Of a stretch of DNA of 64,000 nucleotides, positions 63,173 through 64,000 are shown in pieces. The stretch's first letter is position 1, and each line of letters opens with the position of its first letter. A model generated the notes under the pieces. That model was not told the origin of the DNA, searched no databases, and was given only the letters and a program-made list of their open reading frames with translations. Both the position numbers and the translations under genes were made by a program. Source of the stretch: Bdellovibrionales bacterium (GTDB taxonomy: Bacteria; Bdellovibrionota; Bdellovibrionia; Bdellovibrionales; JAUICD01); contig OZ253553.1 of assembly GCA_965262715.1 (NCBI GenBank), positions 928,001-992,000 on the forward strand. Direction: 5' to 3'.

Positions 63173-64000
63173 CCTGAGTTTGACACTTAATTTGAATTTT
63201 CGTGATATTTTTTTCAAGGAATGTTGTATTTATAGTCATTAGCGGTTATTGTGTTTGTATTTTGGTCAAAAAGTGTAGTGTACTTATTTATCATACACTA
63301 CGCGTCATATACCTTATTTTCTTTTATTTTTTATATTTTTCTTGTAATGTATTTTTATGTTCATAAGGTCTACAAGAAATCCGAGAGGAGACATATATTA
63401 TCATCTTGTTGAGAGCTACAGATTAGGTTCTCAAGTGAAGCAAAGGATTCTAATGTCTTTAGGTAAAGCCGCGGATAAGGAAGTTAACTTGAAGAAGCTT
63501 CTAGAAGTATTATCTAAAGAGTTAGAGATAATTCCTGCTAGTAAGTTATTAAAAGAGATTGATGTAAAAGACACTTTTATTTTAGGTCCTTTGCTTATAA
63601 TAGATACTATTTTTAAACAATTAAATCTCTATAGATTATTAACAGATTTAAAACAGAAGCATCGTAAAGTGCAATTTGATTTTGTTAAGATTATTTTTAC
63701 ATTGGTTATAAGTCGTTTTGTAGAGCCTTGTTCTAAGCTTAAAGTATTTTCACACTGGCAGAAGTTATTTTATCCTGATTTTTTAGAAGGGGAGCTTCAT
63801 CTTCAAGACATTTATCGTTCTTTAGATATTCTAAGTAAGCATAAAGAAGATATAGAGAAGACTCTTTATATGCGAGGTAAGTCTCAATTAAGTTTTTTCA
63901 ATGAGTGTGATGTTATTTTGTATGATTTAACGACATTGAGATTTGAGAGTACCCGTGAGGATTTAGATAATCTTCGAAGGTTTGGTTATAGCAAAGAGAA
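63173..64000 (+). mobile_element. IS1634-family element; transposase starts at 63357 and runs off the window
   Basis: YYHLVESYR...KQRILMSLG, EPCSKL, IYRSLD, YDLTTLRFE, FGYSKE; probable end CCTGAGTTTGACA; absent from the ORF track. Confidence 0.9.

Overview
AT-rich bacterial chromosome segment. The gene content (spoVG beside tRNA-Gln, sigma54-type promoters, beta-barrel paralogues, many orphan exported proteins) is compatible with a Bdellovibrionota-like organism, but that is inference. Housekeeping genes (polA, sixA, ppx, ahpC, etfA, dut, fpr, a ribF-like gene, queF, speE, pyrC, murE, proS) and four tRNAs are interleaved with decayed mobile DNA: an IS5/IS903-group element, IS1595 and IS30 relics, an IS1634 element, MITEs and a family of structured palindromic repeats. 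The main accessory region is a ~13.5 kb multi-insertion island at tRNA-Pro (9393-22893). It holds an IS-split Type IIG-like restriction-modification gene, a truncated CD-NTase remnant and an intact five-gene operon SLATT - TGT-like - OGG-like glycosylase - QueC - TIR (15621-19172). That operon has the ancillary genes of type IV CBASS but a ThsB-like TIR protein with an N-terminal Gly run in place of the cyclase, and is the best candidate for an undescribed defence system. All family assignments come from motif recognition by eye, with no database searches.
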